64,000 nt of DNA from Eledone cirrhosa (Eukaryota). The notes beneath the pieces are model-generated. The model saw nothing but the letters and a program-made list of their open reading frames with translations, was not told the DNA's origin and ran no database searches. A program made the position numbers and the translations under genes. The stretch is taken from the NCBI GenBank assembly GCA_964016885.1, contig OZ024749.1, positions 42,594,001 to 42,658,000 of the forward strand. The letters run 5' to 3'. Shown here piece after piece: positions 1 through 14,376 of this stretch (positions are counted from its first letter, which is position 1; each line of letters opens with the position of its first letter).

Positions 1-66
1 TATATGGTCAAATATATTGAGATACATGTCTACATAAACACGCGCTCCCACATACATACATATATA

Positions 67-135
<69 letters not shown>

Positions 136-550
136 TAAAGGCAGCTTTAACAATACAGATAAGGATAAAAATGTAGATGTGTAAACAAGCTAACGTTCCA
201 TTAGATATTGCCATGTACACACATACACATATATTATACACACACACACACGCACACACGCACACATACACACACACACATATATTATATATATATATAT
301 ATTATATATATATACACACACACATTATATATACATACACATACATATATATATACACAAACACATACATATATATATATATATAAATACACATACATAC
401 ATATATATATGCACACATACATATAGACATATACACACACACACACACACGCATATATATATATATATTTATGTAATATATATACACATACACTCACACA
501 GATATATATGTATATATATACAACATATATACATACACATATTCATATAT

Positions 551-886
551 ACATGCCATATACACATATAGTAGATACATACGAACAAACAAACGTCTAT
601 CTTATTCATATATCCATTCTACGCATCTACACATGCCATATACACATATAGTAGATACATACGAACAAACAAACGTCTATCTTATTCATATATCCATTCT
701 ACGCATCTACACATGCCATATACACATATAGTAGATACATACGAACAAACAAACGTCTATCTTATTCATATATCCATTCTACGCATCTACACATGCCATA
801 TACACATATAGTAGATACATACGAACAAACAAACGTCTATCTTATTCATATATCCATTCTACGCATCTACACATGCCATATACACA
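551..886. repeat. 80-bp tandem repeat, 4 identical units plus a partial one
   Basis: Unit acatgccatatacacatatagtagatacatacgaacaaacaaacgtctatcttattcatatatccattctacgcatctac restarts at 551, 631, 711, 791, 871. Confidence 0.95.
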
Positions 887-1326
887 CAGCCGTATAGCTT
901 GGAGTAATTGAGCCATTGGTTTTTAAGTTGTCTTATTACAGGTCTAATGAGGTGTAAGGTTGAGAGATAATGAGGTATTGAAACGTATGGACTCTGAAGA
1001 CACTAAGTGATTCTCATATTTGATAAGCAGACGATCGCCAGACGCACAAGGAAGAAGCAATGTGGCGTGTACAGTAGATTCAACAATACGGTTTGATTAG
1101 AAGATTTCTTTTTTTTTTGTGTGTGTATATGTGTGTACAGAAGAGAGGAAGAGAGAAGGTGGTGGAGTAAGATGGGGATAAGTCAGAGGAGGAAGAGGAG
1201 GAGAAGGAAGAGAAGGAAGAGGAGGAAGAGTGGGAGTGGATGATAGTAAAATAGTTGAGTGTGAGTGAAGGGAAAAGAGAGTTAGAGAGAGATATAAAAG
1301 AGATTGAGATAGACAGACAGACATAT

Positions 1327-1430
<104 letters not shown>

Positions 1431-1531
1431 AGGAGAAAACTAATAAGAAGGAAAAACAGGGATGGACAGAGGAGTGAAAGAGAATGGCTGTTGGGAAGAG
1501 GGAGAACAAGGGGTTTGGAGGAAATATTATT

Positions 1532-1591
<60 letters not shown>

Positions 1592-1614
1592 GACAGCGAA
1601 AATGAAAGACTGAA

Positions 1615-1645
<31 letters not shown>

Positions 1646-1904
1646 GAGAAAGACTGAAAGAGAGAGAGAGAGCGTATGTTCAAATGTCTATATTAAGTGA
1701 TGGTTAAATTCCAACTATTTCTTGGACATGACGTTTCCGATGCTGTCCAATCTTCACACATGTGTGGTGACTGATAAAAGCTTATCATTCAACTCATCTT
1801 CTTTAAACACCTACGTCATATTTCTTCCGCGTGGTCTTACGTTTCTGCTTGACTGAACCTTCAGTCTTTTTACTTTCTTAACAGAATGCTGTTTACCATT
1901 CTGT

Positions 1905-2230
1905 CTAACCGGTCGCTCTCCGACAGGTTCGCGGTCGTGCCCTTGGCAGTAGAGACTTCTGGTGTCCTTGGCCCTAGGGCTACCTCCCTATTCACCACCA
2001 TAGGCGCTCAGCTGGCCAGCTGCAGGTGTGAGCCTCGCGAGTTGGAACGGCTCTTCCAGCGCATCTCCCTTACCATCCTCCGGGGAAACGCCTCCTTCTC
2101 TATTCTGTCCGCCGGGGCTGTGGGGAGGCCAGCACGTGGGACCCCATTTGCTCACCATACAGAGAGATGGGGAGGGCGAGAGAGATGGAGGCGACGACAG
2201 AGGGAGCTCTTCCACGTTCGGACCATATCC
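1905..2230 (+). mobile_element. 3' fragment of a CRE-like non-LTR retrotransposon (end of restriction-like endonuclease domain)
   Basis: Translates FAVVPLAVETSGVLGPRATSLFTTIGAQLA...RELERLFQRISLTILRGNA, resembling the P.A.ET.G...A...LFQR.S....RGNA C-terminus of CRE-clade ORFs; second copy at ~29660. Confidence 0.7.
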
Positions 2231-2441
2231 TTGTTGTTGTGTTAATAGAAAATGGCTACTACACTTTACATATGTTACTTAATGTATTGTATCTTCTTTC
2301 TGTTAGATACAACCACGGAACTCCTGCTTGACAATTGTTTCTACTTTAGACACAAGGCAAACAATTTTTTGAGGAGGAGAGGAAACGTTAATACAGACTT
2401 CCACACACAAAATACGCCCCATATATATATATATATATATA

Positions 2442-2631
2442 TAGGAACAAGTATGACCCCGACGGCAGAGCTCAAGCCGTTTCGACGGCTAATTCTGGAC
2501 TGAATTCAGTCCAAACGGCTTGAGCTCTGACGTCGGGGTCATACTTGTTCCTATTACCCACTCTACTACCGTAAGTATTGAGTACTTTGGTGCGTTATGG
2601 TCCATCTGGTTCCTTACCACATTTCCTTCGT
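2442..2631 (+). mobile_element. Family A PLE-like fold-back remnant (3' half of hammerhead plus tail) in (TA)n
   Basis: Inverted arms 2442-2482 / 2513-2553, followed by an ~80-nt tail; (TA)n on both sides; homologues at 6550, 30629, 36447, 40581. Confidence 0.75.
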
Positions 2632-3111
2632 TATATATATATATATATTAGTACACACATGATTAGTGGTCACAGCACTGCAGACTCTCTCTCACAAACA
2701 CACACTCACACATATATCTGTGAGTCTATATATGTCTCTCTCTCTCTCTCCCTCCCTATATATATATATATATATATATAACGTGCCCCCCAAAAATATT
2801 TCAATCATTGTTTGACAATCAGTCTTTCCAAAGAACTGTCAGGATTCCCCTTACTGCAGTATCGATCTGTGTGATGTTCACTTCATCCATGATATTTTCA
2901 ATAATCTTCTCTACAGAACCACATTTCAAAATACATCAATTTTCCACCTCCTTGCTTGTTGTTGTTTGTTAATTGTCCAGCTTTCTAACTTTCCAGCTTT
3001 CGCATCCATACATCATCTCTGGATACTCCATTGTTTATTAAACAACAATCTAGCCTTTGTTCTTTACGACACCTCCTTATCATTCAGATTCATGGCAGCA
3101 GCTTCGACTGG

Positions 3112-3174
<63 letters not shown>

Positions 3175-3483
3175 TCATACATATACATACATACATATAT
3201 AGATACATACATACATACATATATAGATATATACTATAAATATATATATATATACATACATACACACATATATATATATATACATACATACATACACACA
3301 TACACATATACATACACACACACACACACACACACGAGCACACACAGAGACACACACACGCGCATCCACATACATATATACCATACACGCACTGATATAT
3401 ATGTATTTGATGCATCGGATTCTAGTGTTCCAACAAAACGGATCTCCGATGGTTTCGACGACGAGTGTCCTAATCCTTGGACC

Positions 3484-3518
<35 letters not shown>

Positions 3519-3656
3519 TGTGTGTGTGACAATTCACACCTATGAAGGTTTAGCTGGCCTCCTCCAAGGTATATTTCGTTGGAGGTTTTTTGGGTGATTT
3601 AGTGATAGGGACTGTAGAAATGAGATGACTGGGGTCCCTATCATCTCATTTCTACA

Positions 3657-3790
3657 GCTGAGTAAACTGGAGCAACGTTAAATAAAGTGTCTTGCTCAAG
3701 GAAACAACACATCACCCGGTCCGAGAATTGAACTCACAACCTTTCGATTGCAAGCCCAATGTTCTAACCACTAAGCCATGCGCCTTCACT
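3657..3790 (-). mobile_element. tRNA-derived SINE 5' part
   Basis: Minus strand: tggcttagtggttag (A box), gagttcaattc (B box), then ccttgagcaagacactt core; related copy ~8310-8455. Confidence 0.7.
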
Positions 3791-4273
3791 TGGACCAACT
3801 GCAACATTTACACTCTGAATTATAATGTAAACCGCTGAGAAAATCACAGACACGTGTCCTTTGAACTTAGTTCTGAGAGTGAATCAGCATACCTCAGTGT
3901 ACGACAATGCTCGTCCATTTAACTATGATCACGTGTGTTCAAATGGCTTCCATATTCTCTGTCTACATTGTGTAACTTATAAGGCTTGGCTCAACCCAAG
4001 GCTTTAGTAAGAAACAGTCAAGATGTCAGGCTGCAAGATCAAACCAGTGACCTCATGATTGTGAAACTACCTCCACCCCCCCTAAACTATTTGGCCATAT
4101 CTGAGTCCACGCAGTCCAATGTTTAAGTATGACCTTTGAACATTTGTCAGTGTCGTGAGGGGAGAGATAGATAGAGACAAAGAGAATGAGAGAGGCAGAG
4201 AGATAGATAGATAGATAGAAGAGGGAGAGAGAGAGAGAGAGCAAGAAATTTCTCTTTCGAGAACATAGTATAT

Positions 4274-4304
<31 letters not shown>

Positions 4305-4320
4305 CACACACATATATATG

Positions 4321-4439
<119 letters not shown>

Positions 4440-4519
4440 CTATCCTGATGTCTTCCAAAAGTAACGGTCGCATTTTGAAAGGGTACGTCAATGTTTATTT
4501 ATAAAACTGGTATATATTG

Positions 4520-4584
4520 TATTTTGTCTGATGAAGGCATACCATAATTTAACTTGGTATCCTTGAAATATGTATAATGAAATA
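4520..4584 (+). ncRNA. Type I hammerhead ribozyme (family C)
   Basis: Stem I tattttgt/atgaaata; CTGATGA 4528-4534; stem II aggcatacca/tggtatcctt; GAAA 4565-4568; minimal stem III; AUA triplet, predicted cut after 4576. Downstream tail (4630-4715) recurs inverted at 28918-29010. Confidence 0.7.
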
Positions 4585-4883
4585 AATATGGTTTTATAAA
4601 TATAGTTTCCATTTGTTAATATCATATATCTACTCCAAATACTTGTCGAGTGCTTTATATCAGTTATAAAAATATTTACTTGTTGTATCCCAACAATTTA
4701 AATAGAACTTTTGCATATGTATATATATATATATATATATGTGTATATATATTTATATATTTATATATATATATACGCATAGTCTCTCTCTATATATATG
4801 TGAGTGTATATATATAATAAGTGATTCAGTAGATTTGTTGTTTACTGAAGAAGTGCCAATTATATAACAGAGTGCTTATATAT

Positions 4884-4967
<84 letters not shown>

Positions 4968-6254
4968 GTAAAGAGCTAGAAAACTATTTTAAATGTTCGC
5001 GATATTACTTTCAAAGTATTTTACTTTCTAAATTACATTTTCAATAGACGAACTAAGAAAAAATAGAAAATATAAAAAAAAATCCAGACGAAGAACCCCC
5101 CCCCCCCCCTACTAAAAAAAAAATACAATAAATAGAAAACAAAACAAGTGTTGAAATATATTATATATCACTCAGTAAAAATGAACATCTTGATATACCA
5201 GCAACAACAATAACAACCACATCAAACACAAACTATAACCACAACAATAGCAACAACAATAATTACAGCAAGAACAGCAACATTAACGTCAACAGCTACA
5301 ACACCAACAACAATAACAACCACATCAAACATCAACTACAACCACAACAACAATAACAACCACAGCAAACAAACATGAGAGCCAATTACAACATTGAAAA
5401 TAAAAAAAAAATATAATATCTGAAAAATTACTACAACAACAAAAACAATAACAACAACAACAACTACAAAGATAACCAACAATGACAACAACAACAATAA
5501 CAACAACAACAACAACAATAATAGCTACAAAGATAAACAACAATGACAACAACAACAGCAATCACAATACTTAAATATACATGGCAGAAAATTTACAACA
5601 ACAACAACAACAACAATAACATTATAAAAGGATAAATTGGCAACAGAAATTATAACAATAACAACAACCAAAAGAAAACAACGATGACAACAACAAAAAC
5701 AATAACAACGACAATAACAAAGACAACAACAAAAACTGTAATTACAACACTAGAAATAAGAAAATTACAGCAAATATCACAATAACGATGACAACATGAA
5801 TACAACAACAACAACAGCAATTATAACAGTGAAAAAAATATGGCAGCAAAATTTACAATAACAAAAACAACAGCAGCAATTACAACAACAGCAACAACAA
5901 CAACAGCAGCAAAATAAAAAGTCAACAAAACAAAAACATCATCAACAGTAATTAAAACATTGAAAAAAATAAAGAAAACCGGCAGTGAATATTACAGCGA
6001 TGACGACAACAACAGCAGCAATTATGGTAGAGAAAATAAATAGAAAAACAGCTAGAACAAATAAAATGGCGGCAAGACTTACAAAGACAGCAACTACAAC
6101 AATAAAAACAACAACAACACCGACAACAAATACAACAGCAGCATTTAAAGACCTATAAACTTATAGTTTGGTCAAGAAAACGTGATTTATTGGTATATTT
6201 AGTTTCATAGTCAGATAAATTTAGCGCCTTGCTCGTCTGTCTGAAATTCTAAAG

Positions 6255-6540
6255 CGTAGTACAGTATAGCGTAGTGTAACAGAGCATAGCGCAGAATAGT
6301 ATAACGTAGTATAGCATAGCGTAGTATAACGTATTATCACATAGCGTAGCACAGCTAAACGTAGTATATATAGAGTTATGCCAAGTATAGCGGGCAATAG
6401 CGTAGTATCACATAGTGTAGCGAATCATAGCGTAATATTATGTATATAGTTATGCATAACATAGTAAGCAATAGCATAGTATCGCAGTGTAGCGTAGTAT
6501 AGCATAGCATAGTACTGCATAACATAGTGTAGAGTAACAC
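6255..6540. repeat. Degenerate pentamer satellite (gtata/gcgta/gcata)
   Basis: Runs such as gtatagcgtagtgtaac, gcatagcatagcatag. Confidence 0.8.
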
Positions 6541-6549
6541 TATATATAT

Positions 6550-6743
6550 AACAAAGAAATTGTGGTAAGGAACCAGATGGACCATAACGCACCAGAGTAC
6601 TCAATACTTAAGGTAGTAGAGTGGGAAATAGGAAAAAGTATGACCCCTACGGCAGAGCTCAAGCCGTTTCGACGGCTATTTCAGTCCAGAAATAGCCGTT
6701 GAAACGGCTTGAGCTCTGCCGTCGGGATCATACTTTTTCCTAT
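6550..6743 (-). mobile_element. Family A PLE-like fold-back remnant
   Basis: Reverse complement of the 2442 element; ~55-bp inverted arms 6628-6682 / 6689-6743 containing GAAAcggc-ttgagctct-gccgTC-ggg; (TA)n flanks. Confidence 0.75.
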
Positions 6744-6959
6744 ATATATATATATATATACCTATCAATAAATGCAATGAAGGAGTAATCAATCGTCCTT
6801 GTTATCCTTTCAATATATTACACTCTGTATAGCTCTACACCTCATCACAGAAGTGAACCTAAACATCTAGTGCTCTCCCGGGTGACCCTAACCCTAACTC
6901 CTAGTTACACCCTCTGGATATATATATATATATATATATGTATATATTTCAAAAGGACA

Positions 6960-7058
6960 AACAAACAAACACCGGAGTCAATAGTACATAGTGTATTTAG
7001 CTTTACGATTGGTGAGATTGGGGGAGCTTACGACGTCACAGACATAAGTCCTTCTTCA

Positions 7059-7061
<3 letters not shown>
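6960..7061 (-). mobile_element. Degraded PLE pLTR / hammerhead remnant
   Basis: Minus: CTGAAGA-aggac-ttat-gtct-GTGA-cgtcgTA-agctccccc between (TA)n tracts; GAAA mutated and 5' stem I strand missing. Confidence 0.4.
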
Positions 7062-7104
<43 letters not shown>

Positions 7105-9642
7105 ACACCCACACACAAATATACACGCGCACTTTACTGCCTGTTTTTAGCAGAAGATCAGACACCTCATCATCTCTACTAAATGAACTATAATCCAATA
7201 CCAACCAGAACATGACTGTGCTTATGTATTCTTTTATTCTTTTACTGATTTCAGTCATTAGACTGCGGCCACGCTGGAGCATCACCTTGAAGAGATTTAA
7301 TCAATCATATCAATCAACCCCAGTCCTTAATGTTCTCATGCCTGGTACATGTTATCGATCTCTATTTCTGATGGAACACAAATAGCAGCCGTAAACAGAA
7401 ACATTCACACATGTATGTATGTACGACAGGCTTCTATACAATCTCTGTTTACCAAATTTCACTCACCATAAGTCATCGGTCAACCCGCGGCTATAGTAGA
7501 CAGCATGTGTTCTAGATGTCACGCATCTCGACTGAACTCGAAACTACGTGGCTACAAAGTGAACTCCCTAACCACACAACCATGTTTGTACCTATAGACA
7601 TAGAATATTTATTTATGATTGATGGCAACGTTAATTAACTACCGTTTACTCCCTGAATGATGCTAATAATTTGTTTTTGAAACCTGAGTTATTCCCTATA
7701 ATCAATCCCCAAATGTATATATGAGATACAGAGAAAAATATTTTCCAAGAAGATATTTTTCCAGATTTCAACCTTGGCTGTTTTGGATGTTTTTGTTGCT
7801 CCTTAGCTTTAGGTAAACTCTGATCTAGCAGAGCTTTGATAAATAATTTTCTGTCATAATTATCTAGAAGTGCTACATTTTTCCAACTCAATTAACCAAC
7901 GTGTCTCTTAAAAAAATAAAAATAATAATATGGTATGATTCAAGAGAGATTTGGCTGCTATATTTAGACGATTGAGTGTCTTTGATGTGGTTCTTTCATT
8001 GGTTTCTTGCAACCTGTGTTGTTTTAATATTTCCTGAACATGTGTTATTTTCATTAGGATCCCCCTTCCCCAAGTTTCATCTCGTATCTTTTTAATTTAT
8101 TTTATCAACAAACACTAAAGGTTTTGATATAAAAAAAAGTAATTTAGCAGCCAGATGTTAATGTCAAAATATCATTTTCTTAACACGAATATTGTGACTC
8201 AATATTGTGACTCTTTCGTTAACATATTTCTAATGGAAGATGCTACCTTTAATTTTCAAATCACTTTGAAAACATAAAGAATCTGGAGTGCTTTAGTAAA
8301 ATAATTTAACCCCCTAGCTATTCCTGGTATTCATTTTCAACTGTGTGTACTGAAATGAAGTGTTTTGCTTAAGGACATAATACCCAACCTAGTCCAGGAA
8401 TCGAACCCATGACATTATGATCGTAAGTCCAATAACCAGTAGGCCACGTACCTCAACATAAAATAGAGTGAAGACCCTTAAAAGACCGAAAAAGAAGTTT
8501 CCATCGGCCACAAAGAGGAATTGAACACCATATCTCCCAGATACTGGCTAGGGGCTTTAAACCATTAAGCAAAGGAACCGTGACAATTCTTCCGTCTTTT
8601 TAAACTAGTCTGTCTGTTTAAAAACTAAACTTTTTAAACAGACAGACTAACAGACAGACTGACATATAGACACACATCCGTATGTAAACAAACATTATAC
8701 CTAGAAGATTTCTCAGACGTTTAAGCACAGAGAAGTATACTTATATATAAATATTCTCAGCGCTTAAATGTCCGAGGAAACAGCAACGTCTATTATTCAT
8801 TACTATGTAAGATTGAATGATTTCTAAGTTGTCAAGAGTGTCAAACAAGGGACATAAACCACTGATGACAGGATCAAACTTGTGAACACTTGGTTAGCTG
8901 ATTTAGTTGATTGTTCAGTCGTAATCTATCGATTGAGCCCCGCTATCTACCTACAGCTCGTTTGGGAATAGTGCATCTGTAAGTGATCGGACATTGGACA
9001 GATCGAAGTGAAGTGTAAAACACAAATAAATACAGGAGATGATGGAGTGAGTAATATACACAAGAAGGAAAAAAGATGTGAGTTTACTATCGCAATAACT
9101 CATCTCGGAATATTTTAGACACGTAATCAGTGGCTGAGATGTTTAAAGTGTCTGAACAGAAGTTAGTATTCTCGCGGGTAGATGGCAGAGAATTATGAAT
9201 TTTACAGAGGATTAAAGAAAGATTTGATGCGAAAAGCGTTACTTCTCTGAAGTAGGTGAAAAATATTCGCATAGATATTAAATAGAAAATCTTTCGATTA
9301 CTGCTTTCAATTCGTTTTGGTATAGGAGATAAGAATGCAAATGCAGTGGTCAGAGGGTCAGCAAGGGTGTGTGTGTATGTGTGGGTGTGTGCGTGCGTGT
9401 GTGTGTGTATGTATGTGTGTGTGTGAGGGAGAGTGTGGAAGAGTTGAATGTGGGCTGTTTCATGACATATTGATGTATCAGCCGATGGTTTACAGCCAGC
9501 GTTTTGAAATATTGCCAAAGAAAAAACCCACCAACAAGCAACACGAAATACTATGTCCGCTTACTGCTTCATGTGTATGCATAATTTTAAACGCAGGCAG
9601 TGCTATACCATCGTTTCTATTTCAGTATTAGGACACAAACGC

Positions 9643-9721
<79 letters not shown>

Positions 9722-9740
9722 ATGTGTGTGTATGCGTGTG

Positions 9741-10019
<279 letters not shown>

Positions 10020-10040
10020 TACATATATATACATATATAT

Positions 10041-10095
<55 letters not shown>

Positions 10096-10148
10096 CATAC
10101 ATACATATATTTATACATATATACATATATTTATATATATATATATAT

Positions 10149-10218
<70 letters not shown>

Positions 10219-10419
10219 TCAGCGAGAATCTCATTTCGGCGGGTAGAAAAAGCGAAACGAAACGCAAAATCAGTTATGCTGGCAAGCTCTCCATACTTAA
10301 AAAAAAACAGAGTTAAACATATGTGTTAAAACGCCATACAAACTGAAAAAGAAGGCATTAACCACCCAAGCCAAAAAACAAGTCAAGCTAAACAGGTCAA
10401 ACAAAATAAATGATAAAAT

Positions 10420-10492
<73 letters not shown>

Positions 10493-10666
10493 ATTAAAAT
10501 ACCGGAGCGTGTTGGAGTTAAACACCCTCTTCGTATTATAGAAATGACAGTAAAAGGTATAGCTCAATGCAGTTAAACAGAGCCAAACATTTTTTACTCT
10601 CTTAATATATATATTTTATATGTTTTACTCTCTTAATATATATATATATATATACATATACACATA

Positions 10667-11036
10667 TCCAGTTAGAGGTTGTGACTACTCTGTGTCGTGG
10701 ATAGTTTTAACGTACGGCTTTGTTTGACTCAACAAGATGTTTCCATAGTTAGGCAGCGAGTTCGCGGTAATTCCTATACAGGTTATACTTGGAGTAATAA
10801 TAGTGAAAGATTGAAGAGTAACATGGTTGGCTGTACAACAAGGGGCTTTATTTCAGGTATTAACAATTGTTTCGTTGATCAGGTGAGTCTAGAGGCCGCT
10901 AATCGCTCGAAGTTGCGTCACTCGATCGCCATTACATTATTTACCTTTGATCAAATCCTCAGAATACAATTGTTAATACCTGAAATAAAGCCCCTTATTG
11001 TACAGCCAACCATGTTACTCTTCAATCTTTCACTAT
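10667..11036 (-). mobile_element. Family D PLE-like fold-back remnant
   Basis: ~71-bp near-perfect inverted arms 10800-10870 / 10966-11036 plus an ~130-nt tail, flanked by (TA)n-rich DNA. Confidence 0.7.
10857..10967 (-). ncRNA. Type I hammerhead with long stem II insertion (family D)
   Basis: Minus: gtatt-CTGAGGA-tttgatca...(~80 nt total)...tgatcaac-GAAA-caattg-TT-aatac; palindromic loop III, GUU triplet. Confidence 0.6.
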
Positions 11037-11233
11037 ATATATATATATATATATCCTTCCGTCTTATACCCCCCTCCTCCATTCTTTACTCTCATCTCCT
11101 CCTCTTCCTTACCTTTCCCCCCCCCCCACTCACTTTTTCCCAATCTCATACATCAATGCTAAATTATTTTTCATATGTTGATTTAAAACTTCACTATTCA
11201 CAAGTGTTTTTTAAGCTTCATATCATGTATCCC

Positions 11234-11304
11234 TATTTTATCTGATGAGAACGCAGATATCATCCCATGATAATATTTGTTTTTGAAATGCGCATAATAA
11301 AATA
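11234..11304 (+). ncRNA. Type I hammerhead ribozyme (family C-like)
   Basis: Perfect stem I tattttat/ataaaata; CTGATGA 11242-11248; 12-bp imperfect stem II; GAAA 11285-11288; palindromic tgcgca loop III; AUA triplet. Confidence 0.75.
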
Positions 11305-11593
11305 CTTGGAACTCTTTTAACCATCTTTTGATCTTATATTATATTATATATATATACACATTGTAGAGACAGAGAATATATGTTATGATAGCTTAACTTA
11401 GTATACACACACACACACACACACACTTATAGCACCTATCTCTCTCTCTATATATATACATATATACATACATATATATACATACAAAAACACATATTCA
11501 CACATCGACACAAATATATTTATAGCTTATATATATATATTCACATATATATTTATACCATATATATATATACAGATATATAGACACACACAC

Positions 11594-11734
<141 letters not shown>

Positions 11735-12469
11735 TAGTAGACGTCCATCAGATAATTACCAGGCCGTAAATAACAGTATTTTCACACCTTATCTATTAGA
11801 GAGTACGCAGGTTTATTTCGTGATATCTATTCACTCATAAATCAATGGAAGTTCTACGTGTCAAGCAGACATAGCCAACCCACATATAACAACACTATAA
11901 CCCCACCAAAAATAACCAACCCTTCACATGTTTAATTGAACATTCCTATTTCTTTTATCTGTGGTTAGCATATAAATCTATAATTTATAAATCATATATG
12001 AGTTTTCGGAAACCTATCAGACTATTTCTAATATTCTATTTTCGTCATAAAATTACAACAATTACAACGAGAAGATGGCGTGGTTTAAAAGATATATCCT
12101 CGCTCTACCAAGTATTTTATCCTTAGATATGTATTAGAAGAGTCAGTTATGTTCACATACGCATACACTTGCATGTGTACACACACATACACACTGAAGT
12201 AAACACATGTATATACACACACACATACATATCATCTATATAAATAAAATCTCAATGCGTATTGAACCTATATCCCCACCATACATCATTCTCATAGTGT
12301 ATATTATATATATATACACATATATATAGATACACACACACGCAGATAAACACACACACATATATATATATATATATAAACACAAAAACATACACACACG
12401 CACACACACAAAAGGACATGCATATATGTATATACGAATATTCGCTCCTGCATTTGCAGAGCGTGTGTT

Positions 12470-12514
<45 letters not shown>

Positions 12515-12642
12515 TTACCAGACAATAGATTTTAATAGGACGAAACAAAAACAATATTAGGCTTTAAGAACATATAGTTTATCAGTAGCAATACAATGAT
12601 TTAAAACAGACACACACATACACACACACACACACACATACA

Positions 12643-12680
<38 letters not shown>

Positions 12681-13207
12681 CACACACACACACAACACAA
12701 CCACAACAACAACAATAGCCAGAGCAACGGCAATAAGAATAACAACCATACCAACAATAGCCGCTCTAACAAATAGCTACAACAAGAATGAGAGCAACGT
12801 CAACAACAAGAATAACAACGACAATAACTTGATCGACTGCAACAACAGTATCAACAACAACAACAGTTGAAAAAGCAAAGGAGGGTGTAACTCATCTGAT
12901 GCAATATGAAGTTAGTTATCGTAAACAACTTTAGTGAAAGAATGTTTTGGATAAACACATATAAAGACTCTGGCAGACACTGGACAACAATAGAAGTAAT
13001 GGACTTTCTTCTCATTAGCATTGATTCCAGTTGAAATTAATCGTTGTAAATAAAGTGATTTCGTTATTTAAGCTCACTCGAAGGACCTTTCTCTATAACA
13101 AAAACTGTTTGTAAAATCCTCAATTGCTGGCAGACATTGTGCATTTTTCTGCCAACATTTGACCATTCCTCGCCATGTAATTTGATTTCTTTGTTATCTG
13201 TAGATCG

Positions 13208-13375
13208 TGGATGGCCGCTGTAATGGCTTAATATTTCTAGAGGTTCGTTTCGCAATCACGAGGACCCGGGTTCGATCCTACACACAGTATAGTATCTTGG
13301 GTAAAGTGTCTCTTATCATAGCCTCGTATTGACCTGATCTTTGCGAGTGAAATTCGGTAGATGGAAATTGTGTGG
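13208..13375 (+). mobile_element. Diverged tRNA-derived SINE (second family)
   Basis: tggcttaat...gggttcgatcc (A/B boxes), cttgggtaaagtgtc core, gagtgaaattcggtagatggaaa 3' part; related minus copies ~3945-4080 and ~7425-7590. Confidence 0.55.
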
Positions 13376-14336
13376 CGTTTCAATTTGTAAGCATAAAGAT
13401 CCAGGTCGTGTCCCATTAGGTAGTACCATCTCTTAATCCTTAATTCCTGGTAGATTCGTAGGTGTGCTGTAGTGACATACGACATTTCTTAGGCATTTGA
13501 TATCTGACAGAGCCCATCTTCTTTCCAGTTCTGAATACAGCCAATTTCTTCCAGAGAATGACAGATGTGTGTATTGATGTCAGATAGATAAAACATCAGA
13601 TAATGGAACAAACATCCTCCATGGTTTCAGTTTATCCTTGAATTACGACAAGGCACACTTGCCGTTCGTAACTTACGAGTTTGATAAATTAAATACTAGA
13701 AAATATACCTGGATCGATATAATCAACTAAAATAATATAAAGACGAAGCACCAATATAGTTGTTCGCCTAAGACTGACACCAATAATACAATAGTGATAC
13801 AATAGTCGGACAGCAGCAGATCTATAAATTTCAAACCACACCACTTTAAAACAAAGGCGAAGAAAGAATCAAATTATAATTCAACACTTTACATATGTCA
13901 TATGCAAAACTTCTCATCTGCATTTTAACAAAAAATTGATTGTAATTTAGCGAAGAACGAAAGGAGAACATCTAAACGAATAAGATAATGACTATAAACT
14001 ATATAAACAGAACAAAAATAGAAATGGAATATTTGAAGTAGCTCACGCGAATTATGGTTAATGGAATATTTTGTTGCCTACGAAAAAGGATGAGAAATAT
14101 TATGGTAATTAAATTACTTCATTATTTTCCAGTATTTTTATTTATCTATCTTCGCAAATTTATGATGATAACGAGCAGACCGCTTCAAATATAAAATGAT
14201 TTTCTAAAATTCCTCGCAAAGATGTGTGACCTTTTAAGAAATGCCTGATGTAATTATAAACGAAGTCACGCGTTTTGGTTCAATGTTATTTTAAATAGTC
14301 ACCAATATAGTCTTCTTTATAGAAGATCAGTTTGGC

Positions 14337-14376
<40 letters not shown>

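Noticed and set aside
1722-1868. Two minus-strand GAAACGT(C/A) motifs with GTGAAGA / CTGAAGG upstream
   Set aside because: Cores are mutated and stems do not pair convincingly; at most very old remnants
10697-11245. 182-aa ORF
   Set aside because: It runs through the family D inverted repeat and a (TA)n tract; no protein motif
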